Source of the DNA: Candidatus Roizmanbacteria bacterium | GTDB lineage: Bacteria > Patescibacteriota > Microgenomatia > UBA1406 | DNA length: 64,000 nt | Assembly (NCBI GenBank): GCA_024654535.1 | Contig: JANLHL010000016.1 | Span: forward strand, 224,626 to 288,625 | Direction: 5' to 3' | Shown here: positions 16,381 to 25,557 of the stretch, piece after piece | Layout of the letters: every line of letters begins with the position of its first letter | How positions within the stretch are numbered: the stretch's first letter is position 1 | The notes under the pieces: model-generated | The model's input: only the letters and a program-made list of their open reading frames with translations | The model's database searches: none | Told to the model about the DNA's origin: nothing | Position numbers and translations under genes: made by a program

Positions 16381-17202
16381 ATGAATGACATTGCAACAGA
16401 AAAAGAAAAAGAGAAAGCAGTAGAACTCAGCCTAAACGGTAAGTTTGATGAAGCATCTATTATCCTCAGAAATGTATTGGAAAGAACCCCTGAAGATACC
16501 GATGCACTGCTTCAACTTGCACACTGCAATATGCAGAGCGGCAATTTAAAAGAAGCACAAAAACTTTATAAACTCGTAGTAAGACTAGAGCCCAATAACC
16601 TTCTCGCTCAAAAAAAATTATTAGTCATTACTTCCCTTCTTCAAAAGAATCTTCAAAAAGTAAAACGAAATTGTGGAAGGATCATACCGATAACATATCT
16701 TATTGAAGAGCCTGGCAAGGCCAAAATAGTACGGCTTTCTACAATTGGCAAAACAGAAGATATTTCTCGCCTGAACATAGGAGAAGAAGTTTTCCTTAAA
16801 ATTAGAAAAAGAAAGATAGAAGTACGCGATGCAGACAGCAATTTTGTAGGCTACCTACCTGATGATATTTCAAAACGTCTAACGGAACTAATGAACGGTG
16901 AATGCAAATATGAAGCGTTCATATTTGTCGTCGATAAAAATGAATGCAAAATATTTGTCCGAGAAATTAAAAAAGCGCATGCTTTCTCCTCAGTCTCAAG
17001 CTTCCCTCTCGACGTTTCTTTACTTCACGAGGAAGAGGAAGAAGAAGAGGAAGAGGAAGATTCATTAGATCTAGATTCTGAAGACACTATTATTCATACC
17101 GAAGAAGATCTTACGAGCTCAGACAGAACAAAGAGAAAAAAAACAGAAGAGGAAGAGGAAGAAGAGGAAGAAGAAGCAGACTACAATGAATACGAAGAAT
17201 AG
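16381..17202 (+). CDS. TPR + HIRAN-like domain protein with poly-Glu tail
   Basis: The N-terminus has TPR-like helices (ALLQLAHCNMQSGNLKEAQKLYKLVVRLEPNN). The central part LNIGEEVFLKIRKRKIEVRDADSNFVGYLPDDISKRLTELM fits the HIRAN pattern. Two E8-E10 runs sit at the C-terminus. Confidence 0.45.
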   Translation: MNDIATEKEKEKAVELSLNGKFDEASIILRNVLERTPEDTDALLQLAHCNMQSGNLKEAQKLYKLVVRLEPNNLLAQKKLLVITSLLQKNLQKVKRNCGRIIPITYLIEEPGKAKIVRLSTIGKTEDISRLNIGEEVFLKIRKRKIEVRDADSNFVGYLPDDISKRLTELMNGECKYEAFIFVVDKNECKIFVREIKKAHAFSSVSSFPLDVSLLHEEEEEEEEEEDSLDLDSEDTIIHTEEDLTSSDRTKRKKTEEEEEEEEEEADYNEYEE

Positions 17203-17363
17203 TGCGTCGATTTTTTCCCTTTATGGAAAATGATTGAGCCTTTTACCGAATCACGCCTTAGTGCTTTGTGAATATTGCCCACACCACGTTCTCCATTATA
17301 ATCTCTCAATGACCAAGCGGCTAAGATAATAGACGTAATAAAAATAACCCCAATAATAAACAT
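17181..17363 (-). CDS. Small membrane protein (60 aa), possibly translationally coupled
   Basis: The start overlaps the upstream stop as TAATG. It has an N-terminal TM helix (FIIGVIFITSIILAAW) and a basic tail. Confidence 0.35.
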   Translation of the reverse strand: MFIIGVIFITSIILAAWSLRDYNGERGVGNIHKALRRDSVKGSIIFHKGKKSTHYSSYSL

Positions 17364-18277
17364 TATCTATATATTGTACCAATTTTAGTATCGATATAAA
17401 AATCTATGATACCTCGAGAGTATGGGTCTGATTCATTCAGCTTTATAGAACAACCAAAATATCTCGCAAGAGAGCTAAATGTATTTTTGTGCTGAGATGC
17501 TCCAATGAGTATGCATGTATCGGGAGTGTGCTCGACCGTCTCTACATCTAATACCTTCATGCCTGCGCCCTCAATTATTCTCCCTATACGCGTACCTGCA
17601 CTATAGAGTTCTTGAGTTGTGTAGACATTCACCGCACCGTCGCTAGATGGATATGTCCAATACAAAAAACCTTTCACTGTTAAATCTAGTTTTTCTGCAC
17701 TGTAGCGCATCCCATTTTTTTTTGTCTGAACTAAACCAGTCGATCCATCAACAAATACTAATTTATCTTTCCGTGTCGCAAGGATGGAACGAAAAAAATA
17801 CCAATCTATCAAATTCCTTGTCGAAATTTTGTATTGTCTTGATAATGGTGCCAAAAACGAACGCCTCTTTGTTAGAAACCACTCTATAAATGGATCTGAT
17901 GATTCATCGATAATATCTGAATGAGTTGGCATAATTACGGCGTCAATGGGTGCTCCGACAAGCTCTTCAAAGGTATGACGAGCTATTACAAATCCTTTAT
18001 GTTCAATTTCTTCCAAGAGTGGCACACTATTTAAACTATACCACCCATACCCTCCTGGTACCGTCACTTGAGCACTGGTATTGAAGTAGATAACATTCGC
18101 GATGCTTGTTTTTTTGTCATAGGAAAGGACAAAAGCATGTGGTGCAAGCACCGCAATACTTATTCGGTTACGAGAAGAGAAAAATAACGATTGTCGTACT
18201 GTTTGAATAACGCCTAGCAATAAGACAAAGGCTAAAATTAAAAATAGAGGTACATAAGAAAACTTCGAACTTCGCAT
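17363..18277 (-). CDS. Membrane-anchored extracytoplasmic protein, divergent LytR-CpsA-Psr (LCP)-like
   Basis: N-terminal anchor and a weak LCP-like pattern (VTVPGGYGWYSLNS...ELVGAPIDAVIM). TATAAT lies 6 nt before the ATG. Confidence 0.3.
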   Translation of the reverse strand: MRSSKFSYVPLFLILAFVLLLGVIQTVRQSLFFSSRNRISIAVLAPHAFVLSYDKKTSIANVIYFNTSAQVTVPGGYGWYSLNSVPLLEEIEHKGFVIARHTFEELVGAPIDAVIMPTHSDIIDESSDPFIEWFLTKRRSFLAPLSRQYKISTRNLIDWYFFRSILATRKDKLVFVDGSTGLVQTKKNGMRYSAEKLDLTVKGFLYWTYPSSDGAVNVYTTQELYSAGTRIGRIIEGAGMKVLDVETVEHTPDTCILIGASQHKNTFSSLARYFGCSIKLNESDPYSRGIIDFYIDTKIGTIYR

Positions 18278-18317
18278 ATATTTATTATAGCCTATATGCG
18301 CCTAAAACCCGAGCTCT

Positions 18318-18680
18318 TCACTTACTTGCGCATTCTATACAGTACAGAGCAAAGGGATTGGATGAGAGTCTATCAGTATTGATTAATTGGTCACATTTTT
18401 TGCACATGCCATATTTTCCTTCATCTACTCGCTCAAGTGCCATATCGATTTCTTTTATTTTTCTCTCAAGTGCGCTTTTATTTGCCGTTGCGTGTTCATG
18501 TAAAATATCTTCGGTAGCATCAACAGTAACATCTGCGCTATTTGTCGTCGATTCTCTATCATGGTATGGATCTTCCTCGCTTATTTGCGAGAGTCTTTTT
18601 TCAGCATTTTTTTTCTCACTCAAAAAAAATGCTTTTATATCAGTTAACAATTCCTTTGGATACTGTTGTGTCTTCGCCAT
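18318..18680 (-). CDS. DksA/TraR family C4 zinc-finger protein
   Basis: Coiled-coil region, then CKKCDQLINTDRLSSNPFALYCIECA. Start moved to ATG 18680 (MAKTQQ). Confidence 0.75.
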   Translation of the reverse strand: MAKTQQYPKELLTDIKAFFLSEKKNAEKRLSQISEEDPYHDRESTTNSADVTVDATEDILHEHATANKSALERKIKEIDMALERVDEGKYGMCKKCDQLINTDRLSSNPFALYCIECASK

Positions 18681-18712
18681 GAATTTTAAGTATATCAAAT
18701 AAATTTATAATA

Positions 18713-19414
18713 TCACTGTTTTTTCTTCATAAAGCAGAAGACAAGCTTTATTGAACTCAATACACATACAAACAGAAAAAACCATACTTCTACAGACGAA
18801 AAGATAATACGCAAACCAGGTCCTACCGATAAATTTGTAGTAAATTCTATAGCGCTAAACAGCACTAGCAATAGCGTAATTGTGCAACGGTGTGTAAGCT
18901 TATTCAACTGTTCTTTTTGGCGTATGTAGGGCAAAAAAAACAAGACGGTAACAAAGAGCAACAAACGTACAAACTCTTGCCAAAACGGATTATGGAGCAT
19001 ATTTAAAAACGAATAGACGGTAAAAAAAGTAAAAAAAGGTACAAAAAACAAATGGAGGACTTCAATAAAATTTTCTTTATATTTCTTTGTCAGAAGATAC
19101 ATACAGAGGAAAAATCCAAAAACTGTACCAAATAATGAAAATCCAGGGAAAATATAGACAATGAAAAAATTAAGTGGATTCAGAGCAAACGCAGGGTTTT
19201 CAGTAAAAAAGAATGTCAGTCGCCCCAAGGCCAAACCTGCACATAAAGATAAAAACAACATATCAAAAAATCTCTCTTCCTTAAATGAGCTTCTATGCAA
19301 TTCTCTCCATAAAAAGAAAAGTGCAACAACAAACGAAATAGCAAGTAATATACCGTAGCCAAAAGTGTTAAGGAGAGGAAACGCCTTGGGAAAAAATTTA
19401 GATAATTGATTCAT
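18713..19414 (-). CDS. Divergent Lgt-like (prolipoprotein diacylglyceryl transferase-like) membrane protein
   Basis: Topology and N-terminal pattern (FGYGILLAISFVVALFFLWRE...GLALGRLTFFF) resemble Lgt. The protein is short (233 aa) and the conserved GGxSxHG and GRxGN blocks are degenerate. Confidence 0.3.
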   Translation of the reverse strand: MNQLSKFFPKAFPLLNTFGYGILLAISFVVALFFLWRELHRSSFKEERFFDMLFLSLCAGLALGRLTFFFTENPAFALNPLNFFIVYIFPGFSLFGTVFGFFLCMYLLTKKYKENFIEVLHLFFVPFFTFFTVYSFLNMLHNPFWQEFVRLLLFVTVLFFLPYIRQKEQLNKLTHRCTITLLLVLFSAIEFTTNLSVGPGLRIIFSSVEVWFFLFVCVLSSIKLVFCFMKKKQ

Positions 19415-19522
19415 CTGTACCTATTGTATACTGCTTTGCACAAAATTTAAATGCTAGATTCAGTTTGTGTGTTAAAATGTGTTGACTGACAGCTGATAGC
19501 CAATAGCTAAAGGCTAATGTAT

Positions 19523-19606
19523 GCCAGAGTGGCGGAACTGGTAGACGCGCACGGTTTAGGGCCGTGTGTCTTTATTGACGTGTGGGTTCAAGTCCCACCT
19601 CTGGCA
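19523..19606 (+). tRNA. tRNA-Leu (anticodon UAG), type II with long variable arm
   Basis: Acceptor GCCAGAG/CTCTGGC, anticodon stem CACGG/CCGTG with loop TT-TAG-GG, T arm GTGGG-TTCAAGT-CCCAC, discriminator A. CCA is not encoded. Confidence 0.9.
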
Positions 19607-19648
19607 CAAGTCAAAATTAAGAGTTAAACGTGTACAATTGAGGACTAC

Positions 19649-20176
19649 ATGATGTATATACTTCTGTTCTTATTTTTTATCTCACTACTTTTCTTTGTTT
19701 TACCTTCGCTGTCGCCAGTCCCCTATTTTCCATCGAATCATAAAGATGCAAAACATATCATGGATTCTCTGGAAAGTACAAAGACAGACGTTGTGGTAGA
19801 CCTTGGTGCTGGAGATGGCTGGGTAGTGTTTGCAGCTGCTGCACAGTCAAGAATACACACATCATATACTCGTTTTATCGCAGTAGAAATAAATCCCCTC
19901 TTATGTGCAGTGCTCTTCATACGTAGACTTTTTCACCCAAATAGAAAAAACATACAAATAGTACGAGCAGATCTATTTACTTTTCAGCTCAGTCAATACG
20001 TTTCAAAAAAAGAAAGCGTATGCATATATGTCTATATATCTCCTTGGATGCTGAAGCGGGCAATACAAAATATTCGCGTTCACATGCCCAAAGCACATAT
20101 CGTGAGCTACATGTACCCGTTGCATGAAAAAGCAAAACGAGTATTGAACGGTGTTCATAAAACCTATACCTACTGA
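19649..20176 (+). CDS. Class I SAM-dependent methyltransferase with N-terminal anchor
   Basis: Motif I VVDLGAGDGWVVFAAA. Confidence 0.6.
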   Translation: MMYILLFLFFISLLFFVLPSLSPVPYFPSNHKDAKHIMDSLESTKTDVVVDLGAGDGWVVFAAAAQSRIHTSYTRFIAVEINPLLCAVLFIRRLFHPNRKNIQIVRADLFTFQLSQYVSKKESVCIYVYISPWMLKRAIQNIRVHMPKAHIVSYMYPLHEKAKRVLNGVHKTYTY

Positions 20177-20203
20177 TGACCCAAAATTCTATATACTAGC
20201 TAT

Positions 20204-20749
20204 ATGGTAGCTTTTGATATGTCTATATCTCAGTTAATTACGAGTGCTATGCCGCATAACACATTTATGGATATGTTTTTCAGCCTCTTTGCACTACGTG
20301 GCGCGCTTGCTTACCTTTGGGCACTGCCTGTCTTGTTTGTATTTACCTATGAAGAAGTACACCATCATATGTTTATAGTGCGCATGAGTATAGTGACTGT
20401 GACAAATTATGCACTATTTACACTACTTAAAATACTTATCGCTCGGCCGCGCCCCTTTCTTCAAGCAGGCACCGTTCTCTTTAATAAGCAACTTTCGCTA
20501 GCATGCCCAACCGATTTTTCATTTCCATCCGGCCACGCTACGATAGCTGTGGGAGTTGCGGTAGTTATGGCACAAACCGACAAAAAAAGACGCATGCTGT
20601 ATTACGTATTGGCATTTCTTATATGTCTTTCACGGATATATCTGCAGTGTCACTATGTGGGTGACGTTATATCTGGAGCAATACTGGGGTATGTCGTAGC
20701 TATAATAGTATGCAAGTACGTACGTGTGCCGAAGAAAAAGAAAGTCTGA
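20204..20749 (+). CDS. PAP2-family phosphatase (undecaprenyl-diphosphate phosphatase type)
   Basis: KILIARPRP, PSGH and SRIYLQCHYVGDV motifs. TATACT lies 6 nt before the ATG. Confidence 0.8.
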   Translation: MVAFDMSISQLITSAMPHNTFMDMFFSLFALRGALAYLWALPVLFVFTYEEVHHHMFIVRMSIVTVTNYALFTLLKILIARPRPFLQAGTVLFNKQLSLACPTDFSFPSGHATIAVGVAVVMAQTDKKRRMLYYVLAFLICLSRIYLQCHYVGDVISGAILGYVVAIIVCKYVRVPKKKKV

Positions 20750-20750
20750 T

Positions 20751-21950
20751 TTAGACAGTAAATTTTCCGTCTTTATATATTGTTTTTGTTGTCCCATTTC
20801 CGAGCGTTGCTGTGACCTCTCTGTTATGTGTTGCCATGATATCGCAGTGCTCTGGTGACTCATTATACCCAAGTTCGTGCAATTTCTTCGCCGTTAGAGT
20901 CTTAGGGTCCTTTGTATAGGTATCATGATATGACGTTCCCACTGCCAAGTGAGTATTTCCCCACTTGCCACCAAAGTTTTCATCGAACAGAGTATTTGCC
21001 ATAAAATGATTTATACGAGAAAAGCGTATATCGGTCAGTGAGTACTCACCTATTTTATCGGCATTCTTCTGCGCTATAAGCGCTTTCAATAGAGATTCAT
21101 TTTTAGACGCACGAGCTTTAATAACTCTCCCCTTTTCAAACGTTAAGTGAATGTCGCGGATAATATTGCCATAACGGTAGAGTGGATAATCAAAATAAAT
21201 ATGCCCCGTTGTACCGCGCCAATCTGGAGAAGTAAAGATTTCAAAACTTGGAATATTCCTACCGCCACCGCCCAACCATTTGCGGTCTTTACCCATCGTA
21301 ATCCATAGATCGGTATCTTGCGCTACTATGTGTAATTTTTGAATATTCATATCGCTCAATGTTGTCCGTATTTTCTCTAAACCCTTAAAGACAGTGCGCC
21401 ACTTCGCGAGTGGGTCTTCTGCATCGAGGAAACATGCTGATATTATTTGTTCCCAGTATTTTTCTAAGGAAATACCTGCCTGTTCTGCCATTCCTGGAGT
21501 GCCAAACAGCGCGAGTGTCCAAGTCATCTGACCTCTATCTTCTTTGTCAAACAGCCATTTGCGAACCAAGCTCGTATTTTTGTTTGATAACATTATTTTT
21601 TTAGGGTCAACATCTTTTAAGTAGAGAGGATCCCGTTCGGCTAAAAGTGCTATACGATGATCTACCGTATCAACAAATGATCGTATATATTTTTTTGGAA
21701 AAAACAGCAACTGCTCATTTGAACCATGTGTATACAGTTCTTTTGAAAATATATCGTCGGACATACGAACTATTGGGAAACCTCCACTTGAGAGTATCTG
21801 TGCATAGACTACATGTGCTAGTGGTAATGCAACGGTATCAAACTGCAGAGATACCACTTCACCTTTGTTTATACCTTTGCCACTGTTCAGAGCAAAATCA
21901 ACAAGAACTTTTGCATAGTTTTTTAGGATTCGTTTATCCGGAATATACAT
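20751..21950 (-). CDS. M29 family aminopeptidase (AmpS/PepS-like)
   Basis: 399 aa with a family-typical N-terminus (LKNYAKVLVDFALNSGKGINKGEVV) and C-terminal HLAVGTSY/EHCDIM blocks. Confidence 0.7.
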   Translation of the reverse strand: MYIPDKRILKNYAKVLVDFALNSGKGINKGEVVSLQFDTVALPLAHVVYAQILSSGGFPIVRMSDDIFSKELYTHGSNEQLLFFPKKYIRSFVDTVDHRIALLAERDPLYLKDVDPKKIMLSNKNTSLVRKWLFDKEDRGQMTWTLALFGTPGMAEQAGISLEKYWEQIISACFLDAEDPLAKWRTVFKGLEKIRTTLSDMNIQKLHIVAQDTDLWITMGKDRKWLGGGGRNIPSFEIFTSPDWRGTTGHIYFDYPLYRYGNIIRDIHLTFEKGRVIKARASKNESLLKALIAQKNADKIGEYSLTDIRFSRINHFMANTLFDENFGGKWGNTHLAVGTSYHDTYTKDPKTLTAKKLHELGYNESPEHCDIMATHNREVTATLGNGTTKTIYKDGKFTV

Positions 21951-21976
21951 GTGGAGAGTATACTAAAGTCAAGCAG

Positions 21977-22044
21977 AAATCCCAAGTTCAAATGACAGGA
22001 AAAAAGAAAGGATGATTTAAAGTTAGATATTGGATATTTGAGTT
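21977..22044. repeat. Palindromic intergenic element family, short copy R2
   Basis: aaatcccaagttcaaatgac ... gatattggatatttgagttt ends at the stop codon of the PHP gene. The last 20 nt are nearly identical to the end of copy R4. Confidence 0.7.
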
Positions 22045-22740
22045 TTATCGGGTATTACTCTTATAGCTTCCCTCTTTAACCCTTCTGACAAGTGCCCGCA
22101 AAAATCCTATTCCTGTACCGCCAACAGATATATCATTCGTCACTATTGCCTTTTTAAACGTCGCCATATCTCGTACCCATGAGGGGAACAATGTATACAC
22201 AAGGCCTATTTCGTCTAAAAAATGGGCATCACTGCCAGCAACTTCTGGTTTGTGCGCACGTAAACGATTTGCAATCCTAGTAGTCACATTGCCGATAGCA
22301 TATGCGTGATATGCCTCGACAGCATCAAAGTCTTCTGTCCATATGGCATACGTACAGCCCATAGGCAGTTGGAAGGGGTGTGGCGCTATTGCAACACCGC
22401 CCTGTTTATGCGTACTTCGAAGTACCTCGCGAATAGATACGCCTTTTTTAAACGGCTTCGATATTCCATACGCCAATACGTCTCCACCCGTAGTTGAAAC
22501 TTCGCAACCAGGAATAAATACCAAATCTAATTTACGAGCCCAAAAACGCGCCTCTTTTTGTGAATCGGTATTGTCGTGATCGGTAATAGAAAATATACGA
22601 ATATTTTTTGCTTTACAGGTACGAACAATATTTTCTACCGTTCCGTTCGTACCTAGAAATATATCTTTCTCAGCTGAATGCAATGAATGCATATGAAGCT
22701 CTGCTTTATAGTGTCTCGTCACTTCGTTCATCAGTTTCAT
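22045..22740 (-). CDS. PHP-domain metal-dependent phosphoesterase
   Basis: ELHMHSLHS and FSITDHDN motifs plus downstream His residues. Confidence 0.7.
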   Translation of the reverse strand: MKLMNEVTRHYKAELHMHSLHSAEKDIFLGTNGTVENIVRTCKAKNIRIFSITDHDNTDSQKEARFWARKLDLVFIPGCEVSTTGGDVLAYGISKPFKKGVSIREVLRSTHKQGGVAIAPHPFQLPMGCTYAIWTEDFDAVEAYHAYAIGNVTTRIANRLRAHKPEVAGSDAHFLDEIGLVYTLFPSWVRDMATFKKAIVTNDISVGGTGIGFLRALVRRVKEGSYKSNTR

Positions 22741-24052
22741 AAAATCTTAATTGTTCGCCTTGAAAAATAAAGTTTAATTCTCCTGTTGGACCATTACGAT
22801 GTTTTGCTATATACAGCTTTATCGCTTTTTTACCATCTGGTAACATATCGTCGTCTTCATCTGCGCGGTACAAAAACATAACCACATCTGCATCTTGCTC
22901 AATAGAACCTGAATCTCGCAAATCAGACAGTTGTGGCCGCCCATCCCCTCCACGTTGCTCAACAGCACGCGAGAGCTGGGAAAGTGTGATAACGGGTATC
23001 TTCAGTTCACGTGCAATATTTTTCATCGCTTGCGACACAATAGATACTTCTTGTACACGTGAATCTATATTTCTACCTGGAACTGCAAGTTGCAAATAGT
23101 CGACAATAAGTATATCGATTTTGTGTTCCATGTGGATTTTACGTGCTTTTGTGCGCATTTCATTTACTGATAACGCAGGAGTATCGTCTATGAAGATTTG
23201 GGCTTCGGCTAAACGTCCCATGGCAGAGGTCAGTCTGTTCATTTCATCGCTGTCTAGCCTACCCGTTCGCAGCTTCCACGAATCAAGCTGCGCTTCCATA
23301 ACCAACAACCTATCGACCAACTCTTCTTTACTCATTTCGAGTGAAAAAAAACCTACTTTCTTTTTTTCTTTCACCGCCAAATAATTGGCAATATTTAAGG
23401 CAAATGTCGTTTTTCCTATACTTGGACGTGCAGCAATAACTATCATATTAGAAGGGTTCATACCAGCCAGTTTGTTATCAAGTGCATGAAAACCTGTAGC
23501 AACACCACGCATGCCCTGTCCTCCCTTTACGACTTGCTCGAGCCGTTCAAAGCTCTCGGTAAGAATGTCGCGCAACGCTTGGAAATCACGTCTCGTATGT
23601 GATTGCGATAGTGCAAATAATTGCGCTTCAGCCTCATTTAAAAGTTCATTTACATCACCACCTTCATCAAATGCACTCTGTACCATACGCGAGCCCATAG
23701 AGATGATCTCACGCTTTATAGCAGCTGAGCGCACTATGAGTGCATAGTGCTCTATGTTCGCAGAGGTTGGTACCAAATCGATAAGACCAGTAATATATTC
23801 TTTACCACCTGCATCAGTAAACTGTTTTTGCTTTTTGAGCTGATCCTCAAGGGTAACTACATCGATCGGTTTTGCCTTATCAAATAAGCTCAGCATCGCT
23901 TCAAACACAAGTCTATTTTTCAAATCATAAAAATGTGCAGATTTAAGGATCTCTGAAACGAGGGAAATAGAAGAAGGATCTATAAGTACCGCGCCGAGAA
24001 CTGATTGCTCAGATTCAATACTGTGCGGAGGAAGTTTATTGCTCCCATCCAT
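22706..24052 (-). CDS. dnaB: Replicative DNA helicase DnaB
   Basis: PPHSIESEQSVLGAVL N-domain, Walker A ARPSIGKTTFALN, and RecA-like C-domain blocks. Confidence 0.95.
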   Translation of the reverse strand: MDGSNKLPPHSIESEQSVLGAVLIDPSSISLVSEILKSAHFYDLKNRLVFEAMLSLFDKAKPIDVVTLEDQLKKQKQFTDAGGKEYITGLIDLVPTSANIEHYALIVRSAAIKREIISMGSRMVQSAFDEGGDVNELLNEAEAQLFALSQSHTRRDFQALRDILTESFERLEQVVKGGQGMRGVATGFHALDNKLAGMNPSNMIVIAARPSIGKTTFALNIANYLAVKEKKKVGFFSLEMSKEELVDRLLVMEAQLDSWKLRTGRLDSDEMNRLTSAMGRLAEAQIFIDDTPALSVNEMRTKARKIHMEHKIDILIVDYLQLAVPGRNIDSRVQEVSIVSQAMKNIARELKIPVITLSQLSRAVEQRGGDGRPQLSDLRDSGSIEQDADVVMFLYRADEDDDMLPDGKKAIKLYIAKHRNGPTGELNFIFQGEQLRFYETDERSDETL

Positions 24053-24055
24053 ATC

Positions 24056-24697
24056 TTAAATAAAGGTCACAACTTCACGTTCTTCTGGTATAGCCTCAGC
24101 AGCTAAAGTCAATACTTTTTCTGACTTGCGGTTCACCACGTCGGTTTGCTTCATAAATTCATCGAGTCCCATGACGGCACCAAATACTTTTGGATCATGC
24201 TTTTCGGTTTTGTAATGCATCGGTATGATTATCTCCGCACCTATGGCTTTGGACAATTTCTGTGCCTGATGTGCATCGATAGTATATACGCCTCCCACCG
24301 GGATCATGAGTACGTTCGTATCTTTCACAAGTTCCAAATCGTTATCTGATAGCTCGTGTCCAAGGTCACCGCAGTGCAATATCACCACACCGTCTATAAC
24401 AAATTTAAACATTGTGTTTCTGCCTCGTTCACTTCCTTTTGCGTCATCATGAAAAGTTGAGTATCCATATATACGAACACCTTTCCGCTCATATTCACCA
24501 GGAACATCAAATACGATGGGGCTTCCCGAAACGCCTATAACAGCATCATGATCGGAATGATGGTGAGAGATAGTAACTGTATCGGCAGTAACTTTTGGAA
24601 AAGGAAAACCAACGCTTGCATCAAACGGGTCGACAACGACACTGGTTTTTGCATTTGAGAGAATAAAAGAAGAGTGGCCAAGATATTGGATTTTCAT
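24056..24697 (-). CDS. Metallo-beta-lactamase-fold hydrolase (UPF0173-like)
   Basis: MKIQYLGHSSF...ISHHHSDHD. The track ORF's N-terminal extension to 24841 runs over tRNA-Gly, so the start was moved to ATG 24697. Confidence 0.7.
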   Translation of the reverse strand: MKIQYLGHSSFILSNAKTSVVVDPFDASVGFPFPKVTADTVTISHHHSDHDAVIGVSGSPIVFDVPGEYERKGVRIYGYSTFHDDAKGSERGRNTMFKFVIDGVVILHCGDLGHELSDNDLELVKDTNVLMIPVGGVYTIDAHQAQKLSKAIGAEIIIPMHYKTEKHDPKVFGAVMGLDEFMKQTDVVNRKSEKVLTLAAEAIPEEREVVTFI

Positions 24698-24792
24698 AAG
24701 TAACTGAAGTCTACCTTTTTTCTTCAGAAAAATCAATCGAGAGTGAATTGTAAAGCGGAGCGAGGTTCGCTCAAATTTTGGAACAAAATTTG

Positions 24793-24863
24793 AGCGGGTG
24801 AAGGGAATCGAACCCTCTTCTACTCCTTGGAAGGGAGTCATTCTACCGGTGAACTACACCCGC
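24793..24863 (-). tRNA. tRNA-Gly (anticodon UCC)
   Basis: Minus strand GCGGGTG-TA-GTTC...; anticodon stem ACTCC/GGAGT with loop CT-TCC-AA; T arm GAGGG-TTCGATT-CCCTT; acceptor CACCCGC. CCA is not encoded. Confidence 0.9.
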
Positions 24864-24934
24864 GCTTGTAAGTTATTAGTTTTCGACTATTATCGCAAAA
24901 CTATAAACTACACAAATGAAATTGTATCATATAA

Positions 24935-25546
24935 TTACCGTTTGAAAGGTTCTATCCCTAGAAATTGTTTTTTTGAAAGAGCGTAGTGAGCTGAAACATA
25001 AAAAAACACGTGTATAGATAGCGCAATCAAAAAACCTACCATTCCTATAGATTGTAAATGTGCAAATATAACACCACCAATAAGTGAAGAGGAGGTGGTA
25101 AATAATGCAAATTTTTTTCTTATAAAAAGAAAGAACGGTACGTGTACGGCAAAAAATGCGAGACCAAAAATAGTAGGAGCAAGCCCACAGGTTAATAAAC
25201 CACCCAGAAAGCACACTTGTTGGAAGAGAATCTCAAAAAACTTTGGCAGTTGGTACCCTTGCCTTTCATGCTTGGTATAGTAATCGTTTTGATAGGTAAT
25301 TGGTACAAGAATCCATAGTAAAAATAAAACTAAAACAACCGATATATAGGATAAAGACAGATTGTTAAAATATACCGAAAAGTGCTGTTGATACACAACA
25401 TACAACAATATTAGTAGAAAGACGTAAAAAAGGGTGTGTTGCCAAGGATATTTATAAAAAGTAATTTTGTATTTCTCATACAGGTAAATGGGCAAACCCA
25501 TTCCCCCAAACCAAAAAGCGAGCCACGTTATTATCCAGAAAACCAT
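24935..25546 (-). CDS. Polytopic membrane protein, possibly CPBP/Abi-like
   Basis: 6-7 TM helices. The resemblance to CPBP motifs is weak (FEILFQQ, FFAVH, SIHVFFY). Confidence 0.3.
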   Translation of the reverse strand: MVFWIITWLAFWFGGMGLPIYLYEKYKITFYKYPWQHTLFYVFLLILLYVVYQQHFSVYFNNLSLSYISVVLVLFLLWILVPITYQNDYYTKHERQGYQLPKFFEILFQQVCFLGGLLTCGLAPTIFGLAFFAVHVPFFLFIRKKFALFTTSSSLIGGVIFAHLQSIGMVGFLIALSIHVFFYVSAHYALSKKQFLGIEPFKR

Positions 25547-25557
25547 ACGTCATGATA

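Noticed and set aside
17029-17177. GAA/GAG purine tracts as an independent microsatellite or regulatory element
   Set aside because: They are in frame and encode the poly-Glu tail of the 16381..17202 protein. They are noted only as a slippage-prone coding repeat.
24698-24841. N-terminal 48 codons of track ORF 24056..24841
   Set aside because: The extension is the antisense-free read-through of tRNA-Gly (24793-24863). The MBL-fold family N-terminus starts at MKIQYLGHSSF (24697).
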